From assembly GCA_036677285.1 (NCBI GenBank), contig JAKFDG010000067.1:1-52030 (forward strand): a stretch of 52,030 nucleotides of DNA, written 5' to 3'. Every line of letters starts with the position of its first letter. Position 1 is the first letter of the stretch. Source of the stretch: Pseudoxanthomonas sp. (GTDB taxonomy: Bacteria > Pseudomonadota > Gammaproteobacteria > Xanthomonadales > Xanthomonadaceae). The translations under genes were made by a program, and so were the position numbers. The notes under the pieces are model-generated. The model was not told where the DNA came from, did not search any database, and saw only the letters and a program-made list of their open reading frames with translations. Positions 17,866-26,035 of this stretch are shown in pieces.

Positions 17866-18346
17866 CCGCCATCTCCTTCAGCCTGCTGCGTAACCTGGCG
17901 CTGAAGTCGATGATGTTCTCGGCTGTGACCTGCCGCTCCTGGCGCTCCAAGAGGTATTGGTAGGCGAATGCGAGTGGGGTGCCGTTTTCTTCCTGGTCGA
18001 TCTCGAGATCGAGATTCTGGAAGGACAACCGGATCAGCTTCAGTGCGGAGGCGATTGTTTCGGGATCAATTCGCAGAAGGTGAGAATGGTACGAACCTCG
18101 AGCATCCGCGACGGCTGAGGCGTCACGAGTCCAGAGTGGCTGGTCCATGGCGCCGTGGACAAGCCCTCGCGCCCGCTCGATCTTCCGAGCCACGTCGTCG
18201 CCGATCTTCTTCCCGCCAAGAAGCTGGCTGAGATAAGACGCGCTCAAGTTGAGGGCGATCGCGGCCGCCTTCTTCGTGCGCCCGTCGTGGGTCAGCTCCT
18301 CCGTCAGCCACCTGATGTTTGTGGTGCGGATCTCGGTCACGTCCAT
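17786..18346 (-). CDS. CI-like XRE repressor without an S24 peptidase domain
   Basis: HTH KKAAAIALNLSASYLSQLLGGKKIGDDVARKIE; divergent from cro; probable leaderless start (TACGCT-N6-ATG). Confidence 0.82.
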   Translation of the reverse strand: MDVTEIRTTNIRWLTEELTHDGRTKKAAAIALNLSASYLSQLLGGKKIGDDVARKIERARGLVHGAMDQPLWTRDASAVADARGSYHSHLLRIDPETIASALKLIRLSFQNLDLEIDQEENGTPLAFAYQYLLERQERQVTAENIIDFSARLRSRLKEMADETGEEGGSRTAGGSHRRHGEGRQAS

Positions 18347-18353
18347 GGCGGAA

Positions 18354-18422
18354 GCGTAGCTCCCAGCTAAACGGCGGTGTTTCGCCCGGGGCTTGACAGA
18401 ATCATTTAGCCCACGGCTAAAT
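18354..18422. promoter_or_regulatory. PR/PRM region with two operators
   Basis: GCGTAGC-N5-GCTAAAC (18354-18372), TTGACA (18393-18398), ATTTAGC-N5-GCTAAAT (18404-18422); same layout as PL. Confidence 0.85.
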
Positions 18423-18431
18423 AGCGGCCAC

Positions 18432-18659
18432 ATGGACCTATCAACTTTCATTGCGGACCCGGAGCGGAAGGCCAAGTTGGCCTCAGCCACCGGGAGCTCT
18501 CCCGGCTACCTGTGGCAGATCGCTACCGGCTGGCGTGGCAAGCGGGCCAGTGTCGAGCTTGCACAGACAATCGAGCGTGCGACAGGCGAGATCGGCCCGG
18601 AATGCGTCCCCAAGGAATCCATGCGCCCGGATGTCTGGCCGGCGAGCGAGGCAGCCTGA
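18432..18659 (+). CDS. Cro-like (YdaS-type) regulator
   Basis: KAKLASATGSSPGYLWQIATGWR...LAQTIERAT...MRPDVW. Confidence 0.85.
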   Translation: MDLSTFIADPERKAKLASATGSSPGYLWQIATGWRGKRASVELAQTIERATGEIGPECVPKESMRPDVWPASEAA

Positions 18660-18669
18660 CGTGCGCGCT

Positions 18670-18876
18670 TCACGCACAGCCGCCGTCCTGATGGTCGTTC
18701 TGATCGTGCTGCTGGTGGGCGGTTGCCTGGCTGCGGCGGCGATCGACGCCGTCGACCACGTAGGCAATCAGTACCGCAACCACCGGGCCGACGCCGGTCT
18801 TGGCGTCATAGGCGCGGATCGGCACCAGGCTGAGCCGCGGCCGGGCGGGGAAGGGCAGGACGGTGGCGGTGGGCAT
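18670..18876 (-). CDS. Small hypothetical protein on the minus strand between cro and cII (uncertain)
   Basis: AAAGAGG before the ATG; overlaps a competing plus-strand ORF at 18661-18936. Confidence 0.4.
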   Translation of the reverse strand: MPTATVLPFPARPRLSLVPIRAYDAKTGVGPVVAVLIAYVVDGVDRRRSQATAHQQHDQNDHQDGGCA

Positions 18877-18932
18877 GCCTCTTTTTTTGCCTGCCCGAGC
18901 CTCTCAACGCCACTCAACACGGTTGCGAGCTC

Positions 18933-19316
18933 TTGAGTGCCCAGCTCGCCCTGCCCGTGGAAGTGCGCCCGGAGGAGGTTGCCCGGGAGAAATCCCTGGG
19001 CGCGGCCATCGAGCTGTGCGCCAAGGCCGGCGGCTTCGCGCTGGACAAGGAACTGCAGCTGCAGCTGGGCGTGGACAAGGCGCAGTTCTCGCGCTGGCAG
19101 TCCGGGGCCGAGGGCATCGTCTGGCCCAAGCTCGAGAAGGTCATGGATGCCTGCGGCAACGACGCGCCGCTGCTTTGGATGCTGTACCAGCGCGGCTACG
19201 ACCTGCACAGCCTGCGCCGGCGCGAAAGCGAAACGGAACGGCAAAACCGCGAGCTGCGCGAGGAAGTCCTAGCGTTGCGGCGCGTGCTGCTGATGGGGGG
19301 CAGCGCGGATGCCTGA
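18933..19316 (+). CDS. CII-like phage regulatory protein
   Basis: DKELQLQLGVDKAQFSRW HTH, C-terminal coiled coil, position after cro. Confidence 0.7.
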   Translation: MSAQLALPVEVRPEEVAREKSLGAAIELCAKAGGFALDKELQLQLGVDKAQFSRWQSGAEGIVWPKLEKVMDACGNDAPLLWMLYQRGYDLHSLRRRESETERQNRELREEVLALRRVLLMGGSADA

Positions 19317-19539
19317 CGCCATGGACGCCGTGCAGCAGCTGGCTGCCGATCATGTGGACGATGCGCTCAAGCGCCACCGGTCGCGGCCGGTGGCCGCGGG
19401 CCGCACCACCTGCGCCAACCTGGACTGCGGCGAGCCGATCGCCCCGACACGCACCGCGCTCGGCGCGCAGCTCTGCCTGGCCTGCCAGAAGGCGGACGAG
19501 GCGCAGGCGGCGCACTTCAATCGATGGAGGCGGGGTTGA
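19309..19539 (+). CDS. TraR/DksA C4-type zinc-finger protein
   Basis: N-terminal DAMD; CANLDCGEPI...R....LCLACQ. Confidence 0.85.
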   Translation: MPDAMDAVQQLAADHVDDALKRHRSRPVAAGRTTCANLDCGEPIAPTRTALGAQLCLACQKADEAQAAHFNRWRRG

Positions 19540-19542
19540 GGC

Positions 19543-19764
19543 ATGCGAGCCGCGCGACGCCAGCATCGCGCAATACCCCGGCCGCCGAGTGCGGCCACGC
19601 AGCGCGGGTTGTCACGCGTGCTGCAGGCGCTGTACGGCGCCGACCCCACGCTGCCGGCGGACGTGGCCGAGCAGCAATACGCGCAGCTGCGCAGCTCGCG
19701 ACCCTACGAACGCAAGCGCCAAGGCGACCTGGTGCTGGTGCTGCCGGAGCCTGATTCGCAATGA
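19543..19764 (+). CDS. Hypothetical phage protein
   Basis: RBS GAGG; in operon context. Confidence 0.55.
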   Translation: MRAARRQHRAIPRPPSAATQRGLSRVLQALYGADPTLPADVAEQQYAQLRSSRPYERKRQGDLVLVLPEPDSQ

Positions 19765-19937
19765 CGCAACAACACGGGGGAGCGGTGCAACACGCACCGC
19801 TGGGGCTGGGTGCCCCTTGCGTTCGGCCAGGGCTTCCCTGCGCCCCATCTCCCCGTGTGAGTTGGTACGCGCGGTGCGCGCGACGCAGGCGCATGCGCGC
19901 GGCGGTGCACGGCGGGCAGGGCATCGACCCCGGGCAT

Positions 19938-19981
19938 GGGTCCTCCCTGGGGGGCGCCTACGCGGGTAATTCGGACCGCGT
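19938..19981 (+). other. Candidate cos site (cosQ-like heptamer plus cosN-like dyad)
   Basis: GGGTCCT, then 15 bp, then ACGCG-GGTAATTCGGAC-CGCGT (12-nt core in an inverted repeat). Confidence 0.45.
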
Positions 19982-20018
19982 TTTCCGTGTAGTTAGCGGG
20001 CCTGGGAGTTACTGAAAG

Positions 20019-22334
20019 GTGGCTGCCGGCAACTACGACGACGTCCTTGGCCAGCTGCGCGAGGCCGGGATAGTCGTCGACCACCTCGAGGTCGGCGCGG
20101 CGCGGCCTGTCCGCTGCAAGACCGTCGACGGCGGGCGCGAGAAGCGCGGCTGGTACATCCTCCACGAGTTCACCACCACCGCCGGCGACATGCTGCTGGT
20201 CGGCAGCTTCGGCGTGTGGCGCGGCAACGAGAACCACGCGCAGAAGATCGACCTGCGCAAGACGCCGATCAGCGAGGAGCAACGCCGGGCGCTGAAGCTG
20301 CGCCTGGCCGAGGATCGCAAGGCGGCCGACGCCGTGCGCCGTCGAGACGCCGAGCGTGCCGCCGAGCGTGCCGCCCAGGCATGGGCCCGGCTCGAGCCCG
20401 ACGGCGACAGCGATTACCTGGCCGCGAAGAAGGTCTCCGGCTACGGCCTGCGCTACACCAAGAACGGCACCGCCGTGCTGCCGCTGCTCGACACCAGCGG
20501 CCGGATCCACGGCCTGCAGTTCCTGCGCACCGCCGCCACGGCGAAGCAGGTCAAGCGGCCCGCGAAGGAGTTCTGGCCGGCCGGCCTGGTGAAGAAGGGC
20601 CACTTCCACCTGATCGGCTCGCCCGACTGGGTGGTCCTGGTCGCCGAGGGCTACGCCACCGCGGCGTCGCTGCACATGGCCACCGGCCATGCGGTCGCGG
20701 TCGCGTTCGACGCCGGCAACCTGATGCCGGTGGCCGAGGCGCTGAAGAAGCGCTATCCGCGCACGAAGATCCTGCTGTGCGCCGACGACGACGCCTGGAC
20801 CGAAGGCAACCCCGGCATCACCTCCGCCGGCGCCGCCGCCCTGGCCGTGGGGGGCGAGCTGGTCGCGCCCGCGTTCGCCGACGAGGACGCGCGCCAGGCA
20901 CGCCACGCCGCCAACGGCCACAAGCTCACCGACTTCAACGACCTGCACGTGCTGGAAGGCCTGCACGTCGTCCGCGTGCAGATCGAAGCCCGCCTCTCGG
21001 CGCTGCGTTGGGCCGCGGTTGCCAGCCGCGCGCCGACCACCACCAACGGGGCGGGGGAGCGGCTGTCGCCGACGCAATCGACCGGCGAGCTGCTCGATCG
21101 GTACGCCCTGGTGTACGCGCACAGCGGCGCGGTGTTCGATCGCCGCGAGCACATCCTGATGTCGATCAGCGACATGCGCGATGCCTGCGTCAACAAGTAC
21201 ATCCACCGCGCCTGGGCCGAATCCAGCGACCGCCAGATCGTGCGCATCCGCGAGGTCGGCTTCGATCCGTCCGGGCAGGATCCCGACATCACCTGCAACC
21301 TCTACGCCGGCTGGCCGACCGAACCCAAGGCCGGCGACTGCGATCGCCTGCTCGACCTGCTGCGCTACATGTGCAGCGAAGACCGCAACGCGGAGCTGCT
21401 CTTCCAGTGGGTGCTGCGCTGGATCGCCTATCCGATCCAGCACCCCGGCGCCAAGATGAAGTCGACCGTCGTCGTGCATGGCCCGCAGGGCACCGGCAAG
21501 AACCTGTTCTTCGAAGCGGTGCAGAAGATCTACGGCGAGTACGGCGACGTGCTCGACCAGTCGGCGGTGGAAGACAAGTTCAACGACTGGGCCAGCCGCA
21601 AGCTGTTCATGATCGCCGACGAGGTCGTCGCGCGGTCGGACGTCTACCACATCAAGAACAAGCTCAAGGCGCTGATCACCGGCGACCGCATCCGCATCAA
21701 CCCGAAGAATTTCGCCGCCTACTGGGAGCGCAACCATCTCAACCTGGTGTTCCTCTCCAACGAGGCGATGCCGGTGGTGCTCGAGGAAGACGACCGCCGC
21801 CATTGCGTGATCTGGACCCCGGAGAAACAACGCCAGGACTACTACGTCGCGGTGATGGAGGAGATCCGCAACGGCGGCATCGCCGCGCTGCACGACTACC
21901 TCCTGCACGTCGACCTGGGCGACTTCGGCCCGGCCACGCTGCCGCCGCTGACCGCGGCCAAGGTCGAACTGATCGGCCTTGGGCTGGACAGCCCGATGCG
22001 CTTCTTCGACGAGCTGATCGCCGACGACATCCCCAACCTCGAGGCGATGCCCGGGCTGGCCACCGACTGGTACGCCGCCTACAAGAAATGGTGCAGCGAC
22101 AACGGCGTCCGCCATGCGCCGCAGCCCAAGTTCATCAACGCGCTCAGCCGCAAGCGCGGGGTCGCCTCGCTGCGCAAGCGCTACCAGCCCAGCGAACGCG
22201 CCTACGGCCCGCATGCCTTCCTGATGATGGGCCAGGTGGTCCCGCCTGAAGGCACGCCCGAGGCGGCCTGGCTCGGCGGCTGCAAGACCACCTGCACCCA
22301 GATGATCGACGAGTACCGCGGGGTGGCGAAGTGA
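20019..22334 (+). CDS. P4-type primase-helicase (Toprim plus SF3/D5-like NTPase)
   Basis: VAEGYATA, CADDD, TDFNDL Toprim motifs; Walker A GPQGTGKN; MIADE; DDRR. Confidence 0.9.
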   Translation: MAAGNYDDVLGQLREAGIVVDHLEVGAARPVRCKTVDGGREKRGWYILHEFTTTAGDMLLVGSFGVWRGNENHAQKIDLRKTPISEEQRRALKLRLAEDRKAADAVRRRDAERAAERAAQAWARLEPDGDSDYLAAKKVSGYGLRYTKNGTAVLPLLDTSGRIHGLQFLRTAATAKQVKRPAKEFWPAGLVKKGHFHLIGSPDWVVLVAEGYATAASLHMATGHAVAVAFDAGNLMPVAEALKKRYPRTKILLCADDDAWTEGNPGITSAGAAALAVGGELVAPAFADEDARQARHAANGHKLTDFNDLHVLEGLHVVRVQIEARLSALRWAAVASRAPTTTNGAGERLSPTQSTGELLDRYALVYAHSGAVFDRREHILMSISDMRDACVNKYIHRAWAESSDRQIVRIREVGFDPSGQDPDITCNLYAGWPTEPKAGDCDRLLDLLRYMCSEDRNAELLFQWVLRWIAYPIQHPGAKMKSTVVVHGPQGTGKNLFFEAVQKIYGEYGDVLDQSAVEDKFNDWASRKLFMIADEVVARSDVYHIKNKLKALITGDRIRINPKNFAAYWERNHLNLVFLSNEAMPVVLEEDDRRHCVIWTPEKQRQDYYVAVMEEIRNGGIAALHDYLLHVDLGDFGPATLPPLTAAKVELIGLGLDSPMRFFDELIADDIPNLEAMPGLATDWYAAYKKWCSDNGVRHAPQPKFINALSRKRGVASLRKRYQPSERAYGPHAFLMMGQVVPPEGTPEAAWLGGCKTTCTQMIDEYRGVAK

Positions 22335-22348
22335 TCGCGCCCGGGCCC

Positions 22349-22598
22349 GTGCGGCATGTGCGCTATCGGTGCGGCATCCCCGTGCGGCATGGAATCGGCG
22401 CCAGTATTGGGCTGTGCGGCATGTGCGGCATGAATCCCTACGTGCGTACACGCGCACGAAACGCCGCCATCGCCACCCGCACGCCATGCACGTGCGCACG
22501 TGGATGGATGCCGCACATGCCGCACATGCCGCACAACGCAGGCGGGGCGCGGGCTGCAGCCGTGCGGCATCCCGTGCGGCATGCGCACCATGCCGCAC
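22349..22598. repeat. Iteron array (GTGCGGCAT x11), probable replication origin
   Basis: Forward copies at 22349, 22369, 22382, 22414, 22423, 22562, 22574; reverse copies at 22508, 22517, 22526, 22590; directly after the primase-helicase gene. Confidence 0.8.
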
Positions 22599-22671
22599 AG
22601 GCGCGCTCGCGCGCGGGCGCGGCACTCCTTCACCTGCTTGCCCTGAAAAGTGGTGGAAGAGGGGTCCTGGC

Positions 22672-23310
22672 ATGAAGGCCCGCCACGAGACCGGCACGGC
22701 CTCCTTCTCCGGCTTCGCCCGCGTCCTGGGCGAGCGCTCGGCGTCCTACGTCACCCAGCTCAAGGAAGCCGGCCGCCTGGTCCTCACCGAAGACGGCAAG
22801 CGCGTGCGCGTGACCGAATCCCTGGCGCTGATCCGCGCCACAGCGGATCCGTCCAAGGCCGGCGTCGCCGCCCGCCACGCCGCCGCGCGGGGCAAGGGTG
22901 GGGCAGGGCAGGCGCCGCCACCGGCCGCGCCGCCTGCGCAAGCTGGCGCGCCCGACGACGGCGAGGAACCGATCCCCGCCAGTTTCGGCGACGCCGTCCA
23001 GGACGGCCACGCCCGCCGCCGCGCCAAGGCGCTGGCCGACAAGGCCGAGACCGACGCCAAGGCCGCCGAGCGCGACTACCGCATCAGCCTGGGCGAGCTG
23101 CTGCAGGCCGATCACGTCGAGCACGCCGTGCGCGGCGCCGTCGCCACCTTCCGCACCAGCCTGGAGAACCTGCCCAACACCGTCGCGCCCGAGCTCGCAG
23201 CGCTCACCGACGAAGGCCGGATTCGCGTCGTGCTCGGCGAGGCGCTGGAGCATGCGCTCGAGGAGCTGTCGCGGAAGTTGGGAACGATCGCAAAGGCGGA
23301 GGAAGCCTAA
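22672..23310 (+). CDS. Terminase small subunit (Nu1-like)
   Basis: N-terminal wHTH (FARVLGERSASYVTQLKEAGRLV), coiled coil and GELL motif; upstream of terL. Confidence 0.75.
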   Translation: MKARHETGTASFSGFARVLGERSASYVTQLKEAGRLVLTEDGKRVRVTESLALIRATADPSKAGVAARHAAARGKGGAGQAPPPAAPPAQAGAPDDGEEPIPASFGDAVQDGHARRRAKALADKAETDAKAAERDYRISLGELLQADHVEHAVRGAVATFRTSLENLPNTVAPELAALTDEGRIRVVLGEALEHALEELSRKLGTIAKAEEA

Positions 23311-23314
23311 CCCC

Positions 23315-23494
23315 ATGAACGAACACGAATACACGCGCCAGGCGGAGCAAATTCTGCGAGAAGAGATCGAAGCAATGCAGGAGCGCGTTGCCAATCGCAT
23401 CAGCCGGCTGGTTGCGCAGAAGGTCGCAAGTGACTTTGTCGCGGAATGGATTGCGCAGCACCCGGAGTGGCGCGGCGGAGCTTCGGTGCAATGA
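23315..23494 (+). CDS. 59-aa hypothetical protein between terS and terL
   Basis: RBS GGAGG; lower GC; stop overlaps the terL ATG. Confidence 0.55.
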   Translation: MNEHEYTRQAEQILREEIEAMQERVANRISRLVAQKVASDFVAEWIAQHPEWRGGASVQ

Positions 23495-25440
23495 CCGCCA
23501 CCGCCCGCATCGCCACCGTCATCAGCCGCGCGATCGCACCGCGCAAGCCGCTGACCGTGTCGCAGTGGGCGGACGCCAACCGCGTGCTGTCCTCCAAGGG
23601 CAGCGCTGAGCCAGGGCGCTGGCGCACCTCGCGCAACCCGCCGTTGCGCGAGCCGATGGACTGCCTGTCGGCGCGCAGCGCGGTGCGCGACATCGTCTGC
23701 GTGTTCCCGATCCAGTTCGGCAAGACCGCCCTGGCCGAGAACGGCCTCGGCTACACCATGGACCACAACCCCGGCCCGGTGATGGTGTGCCTGCCGGGCG
23801 AAGTGTCGATGAACAAGTGGATCGCGCAGAAGCTCAATCCGCTGATCGAGGAAACGCCGGCGGTGCGCCGCACGCTCACCAGCGTCGCCAGCCGCGACGC
23901 CAGCAACACCCGCACCTTCAAGGACTTCGCCGGCGGCCAGCTGTACCTGGAGCACGCCGGCAGTCCGAGCCGACTCAAGTCCACCACCGTGCGCACGCTC
24001 ATCGTCGACGAGCTCGACGAGTTCGCCGACAACCTCAGCAGCGGCGACGATCCGGTGGCGATGCTGGAAGGGCGCACGTCCTCCTTTCCTGCCACCAGCA
24101 AGCGGCTCTACATCACCACGCCTGGCGTGCGCGGCGTCAGCCGCGCCGAACAGCTCTGGAACAAGTCCGACCAGCGTCGCTATCACGTGCCCTGCCCGGA
24201 GTGCGGCCACATGCAGCCGCTGGAATGGGCCGGCCTGCAGTGGTCGCCCGACGGTTCGCAGTGCTGGTACGCCTGCTGCGAGTGCGGCGTGGTGATCGAG
24301 GAGCACCAGAAGACGGCGATGATCGCCGCCGGCGAGTGGATCCCGGGCAACCCCGGCGCGCCGATGCGCGGCTACACCATCAACTGCCTGTACTACCAGC
24401 TCGGCCTCGGCCCGCGCTGGCTCGACCTGGTGCGGATGTGGATCGAAGCGCAGAACGATCCCGCCAAGCTCAAGACCTTCATCAACGACCGCCTCGCCGA
24501 ATGCTGGGAAGACCCGGCGATGCGCGCCGTCAAGCACAACCTGATCGCCGACCGCGTCGAACCGCTGCCGCTGCGCCCGTTGCCGCACTGGGTGCTCGCC
24601 GTCACCGCCGGCATCGACACCCAGGACAACCGCCTCGCCGTGCAGCTGGTCGGCTGGGGCCGCGGCCTGCGCAGCTGGCCGATCGACTACGTCGAGCTGC
24701 CCGGCGACCCGGCTGAAGACGACGTCTGGACCGCGCTCACCGACCTGCTCAACCGCCCGATCGAACACGGCAGCGGCGGCATGTTGCGCATCGAGGCCAG
24801 CGCCCAGGACGCCGCAGGCCACCGCACCGAAGCCGTCAAGGCCTACAACCGCCGCAAGCTGGTGAAGCGGCACCTGGTCATCTTCGGCGCCAAGGCCAAC
24901 AACGCGCCGGTGCTGTCCAAGGGCACCATGGTCGACGTCAACTGGCGCGGCCAGTACGACAAGCGCGGCATCCGCATCCACCACGTCGGCACCGTCGGCA
25001 TCAAGCACCTGCTCTACAGCCGCCTGTCCGCCGACGCCGACAAGCAGCCCGGCGACCGCCAGATCCGCTTCAGCGACGAGCTGTCGCCCGATTACTTCGG
25101 CGGCCTGGTCAGCGAGACATACAACCCCGCCAAGAACCGCTTCGAGAAGCGCCGCGGCGGTCCGCGCAACGAGCCGCTCGATACCTGGGTGTACGCCTAC
25201 GCCGCCACGCACCACCCGGAACTGCGCCTGCACCGCGCCACCAAGGCCGACTGGGATGCGCGCGAGGCGCGGCTGCTGGCAAGCGCGGGGAAGGTGGCGA
25301 TGGATTCCCGTGAAACGCGGGGTGGCGGCGCGACGAAGGGGCCGCGGCCGGATTCCCGTGAAACAACTTCAGCCAAACCAGCCGCACGGCGCGGCGGGTG
25401 GGGCACCGATGGCGGCAACAAAAGAGGATGGGGCGGATGA
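23491..25440 (+). CDS. Terminase large subunit (lambda GpA family)
   Basis: LTVSQWAD, QFGKT, LIVDELD, CPECG, TAGIDTQDNRL, RNEPLDTWVYA. Confidence 0.95.
   Translation: MTATARIATVISRAIAPRKPLTVSQWADANRVLSSKGSAEPGRWRTSRNPPLREPMDCLSARSAVRDIVCVFPIQFGKTALAENGLGYTMDHNPGPVMVCLPGEVSMNKWIAQKLNPLIEETPAVRRTLTSVASRDASNTRTFKDFAGGQLYLEHAGSPSRLKSTTVRTLIVDELDEFADNLSSGDDPVAMLEGRTSSFPATSKRLYITTPGVRGVSRAEQLWNKSDQRRYHVPCPECGHMQPLEWAGLQWSPDGSQCWYACCECGVVIEEHQKTAMIAAGEWIPGNPGAPMRGYTINCLYYQLGLGPRWLDLVRMWIEAQNDPAKLKTFINDRLAECWEDPAMRAVKHNLIADRVEPLPLRPLPHWVLAVTAGIDTQDNRLAVQLVGWGRGLRSWPIDYVELPGDPAEDDVWTALTDLLNRPIEHGSGGMLRIEASAQDAAGHRTEAVKAYNRRKLVKRHLVIFGAKANNAPVLSKGTMVDVNWRGQYDKRGIRIHHVGTVGIKHLLYSRLSADADKQPGDRQIRFSDELSPDYFGGLVSETYNPAKNRFEKRRGGPRNEPLDTWVYAYAATHHPELRLHRATKADWDAREARLLASAGKVAMDSRETRGGGATKGPRPDSRETTSAKPAARRGGWGTDGGNKRGWGG
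25302..25364 (+). repeat. Two identical parS-like 15-mers (GGATTCCCGTGAAAC)
   Basis: Copies at 25302-25316 and 25350-25364; 12/14 match to GTTTCACGTGAAAC. Confidence 0.6.
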
Positions 25441-25757
25441 GCGACGACGCGAAAGCGGATGAGATGGTGGACCAGCTGCGCGAGGCCTTCGCGCGGAACC
25501 TTTGCACGGCCATGGCTGGGCTGCCTGCGCACCAGGCCCTGCAGCTGGCCGACACGCTGTGCGCCGTGCAGCTCGATGTGCTGGCCGGGCTGCGGGTGTC
25601 CTATCGCGCCCGCGACCCGATCGATGGCGCCGCCATCGCCGAGGCCTGGGCGCAAGGGAAGGCGCTGCGAGAAATCATGCGTGACTTCAAGTGCAGCAAG
25701 GTCACCGCCTACAAGTACCACCCGACCAAGGCGAGCAAGCGCGCTGCCGCTGGTTGA
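25437..25757 (+). CDS. Mor/C-family transcription activator (late regulator)
   Basis: QLADTLCAVQLDVLAGLRVSY followed by a C-terminal HTH (GKALREIMRDFKCSKVTAYKY). Confidence 0.7.
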   Translation: MSDDAKADEMVDQLREAFARNLCTAMAGLPAHQALQLADTLCAVQLDVLAGLRVSYRARDPIDGAAIAEAWAQGKALREIMRDFKCSKVTAYKYHPTKASKRAAAG

Positions 25758-25760
25758 AAA

Positions 25761-25805
25761 TAGTTCGCGCGTCACCGTGAAATGAACTAGCTCCATCTAT
25801 AGCTT
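25761..25805 (+). promoter_or_regulatory. Putative activator-dependent late promoter
   Basis: Dyad TAGTTC-N17-GAACTA with inner TCAC-C-GTGA; -10-like TAGCTT before the head genes. Confidence 0.5.
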
Positions 25806-25813
25806 GGGTGTCC

Positions 25814-26035
25814 ATGTCGACCACCCAAGCACGACTGGACGCCTATCAGGCCGCCGAGCTATCCGTGCTCAAGGGCCAGCGCGTGCGTTTCGGCGAGCGC
25901 GAGCTCACGCGAGCCGACCTCGCCGAGATCCGCACGGCCATCTCCCAGCTGGAAGCCCAGCTGCAGCGAGAGACCGAAGCCGCCGCCGGCCGCGGCGGGT
26001 TGCGCTACACCACCGCCGTGTTTTGCCGCCGGTGA
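25814..26035 (+). CDS. Head completion protein (gpW-like position)
   Basis: RLDAYQAAELSVLKGQRVRFGERELTRADLAEIR; between terL and portal. Confidence 0.75.
   Translation: MSTTQARLDAYQAAELSVLKGQRVRFGERELTRADLAEIRTAISQLEAQLQRETEAAAGRGGLRYTTAVFCRR

Noticed and set aside
22349-22598. CRISPR array
   Set aside because: Repeats are 9 bp, occur in both orientations with irregular spacing, and there are no cas genes; an iteron origin fits better.
22662-22668. Second GGGTCCT (cosQ-like) just before terS
   Set aside because: It lies 3 bp before the terS ATG within the RBS region, with no cosN-like dyad after it.
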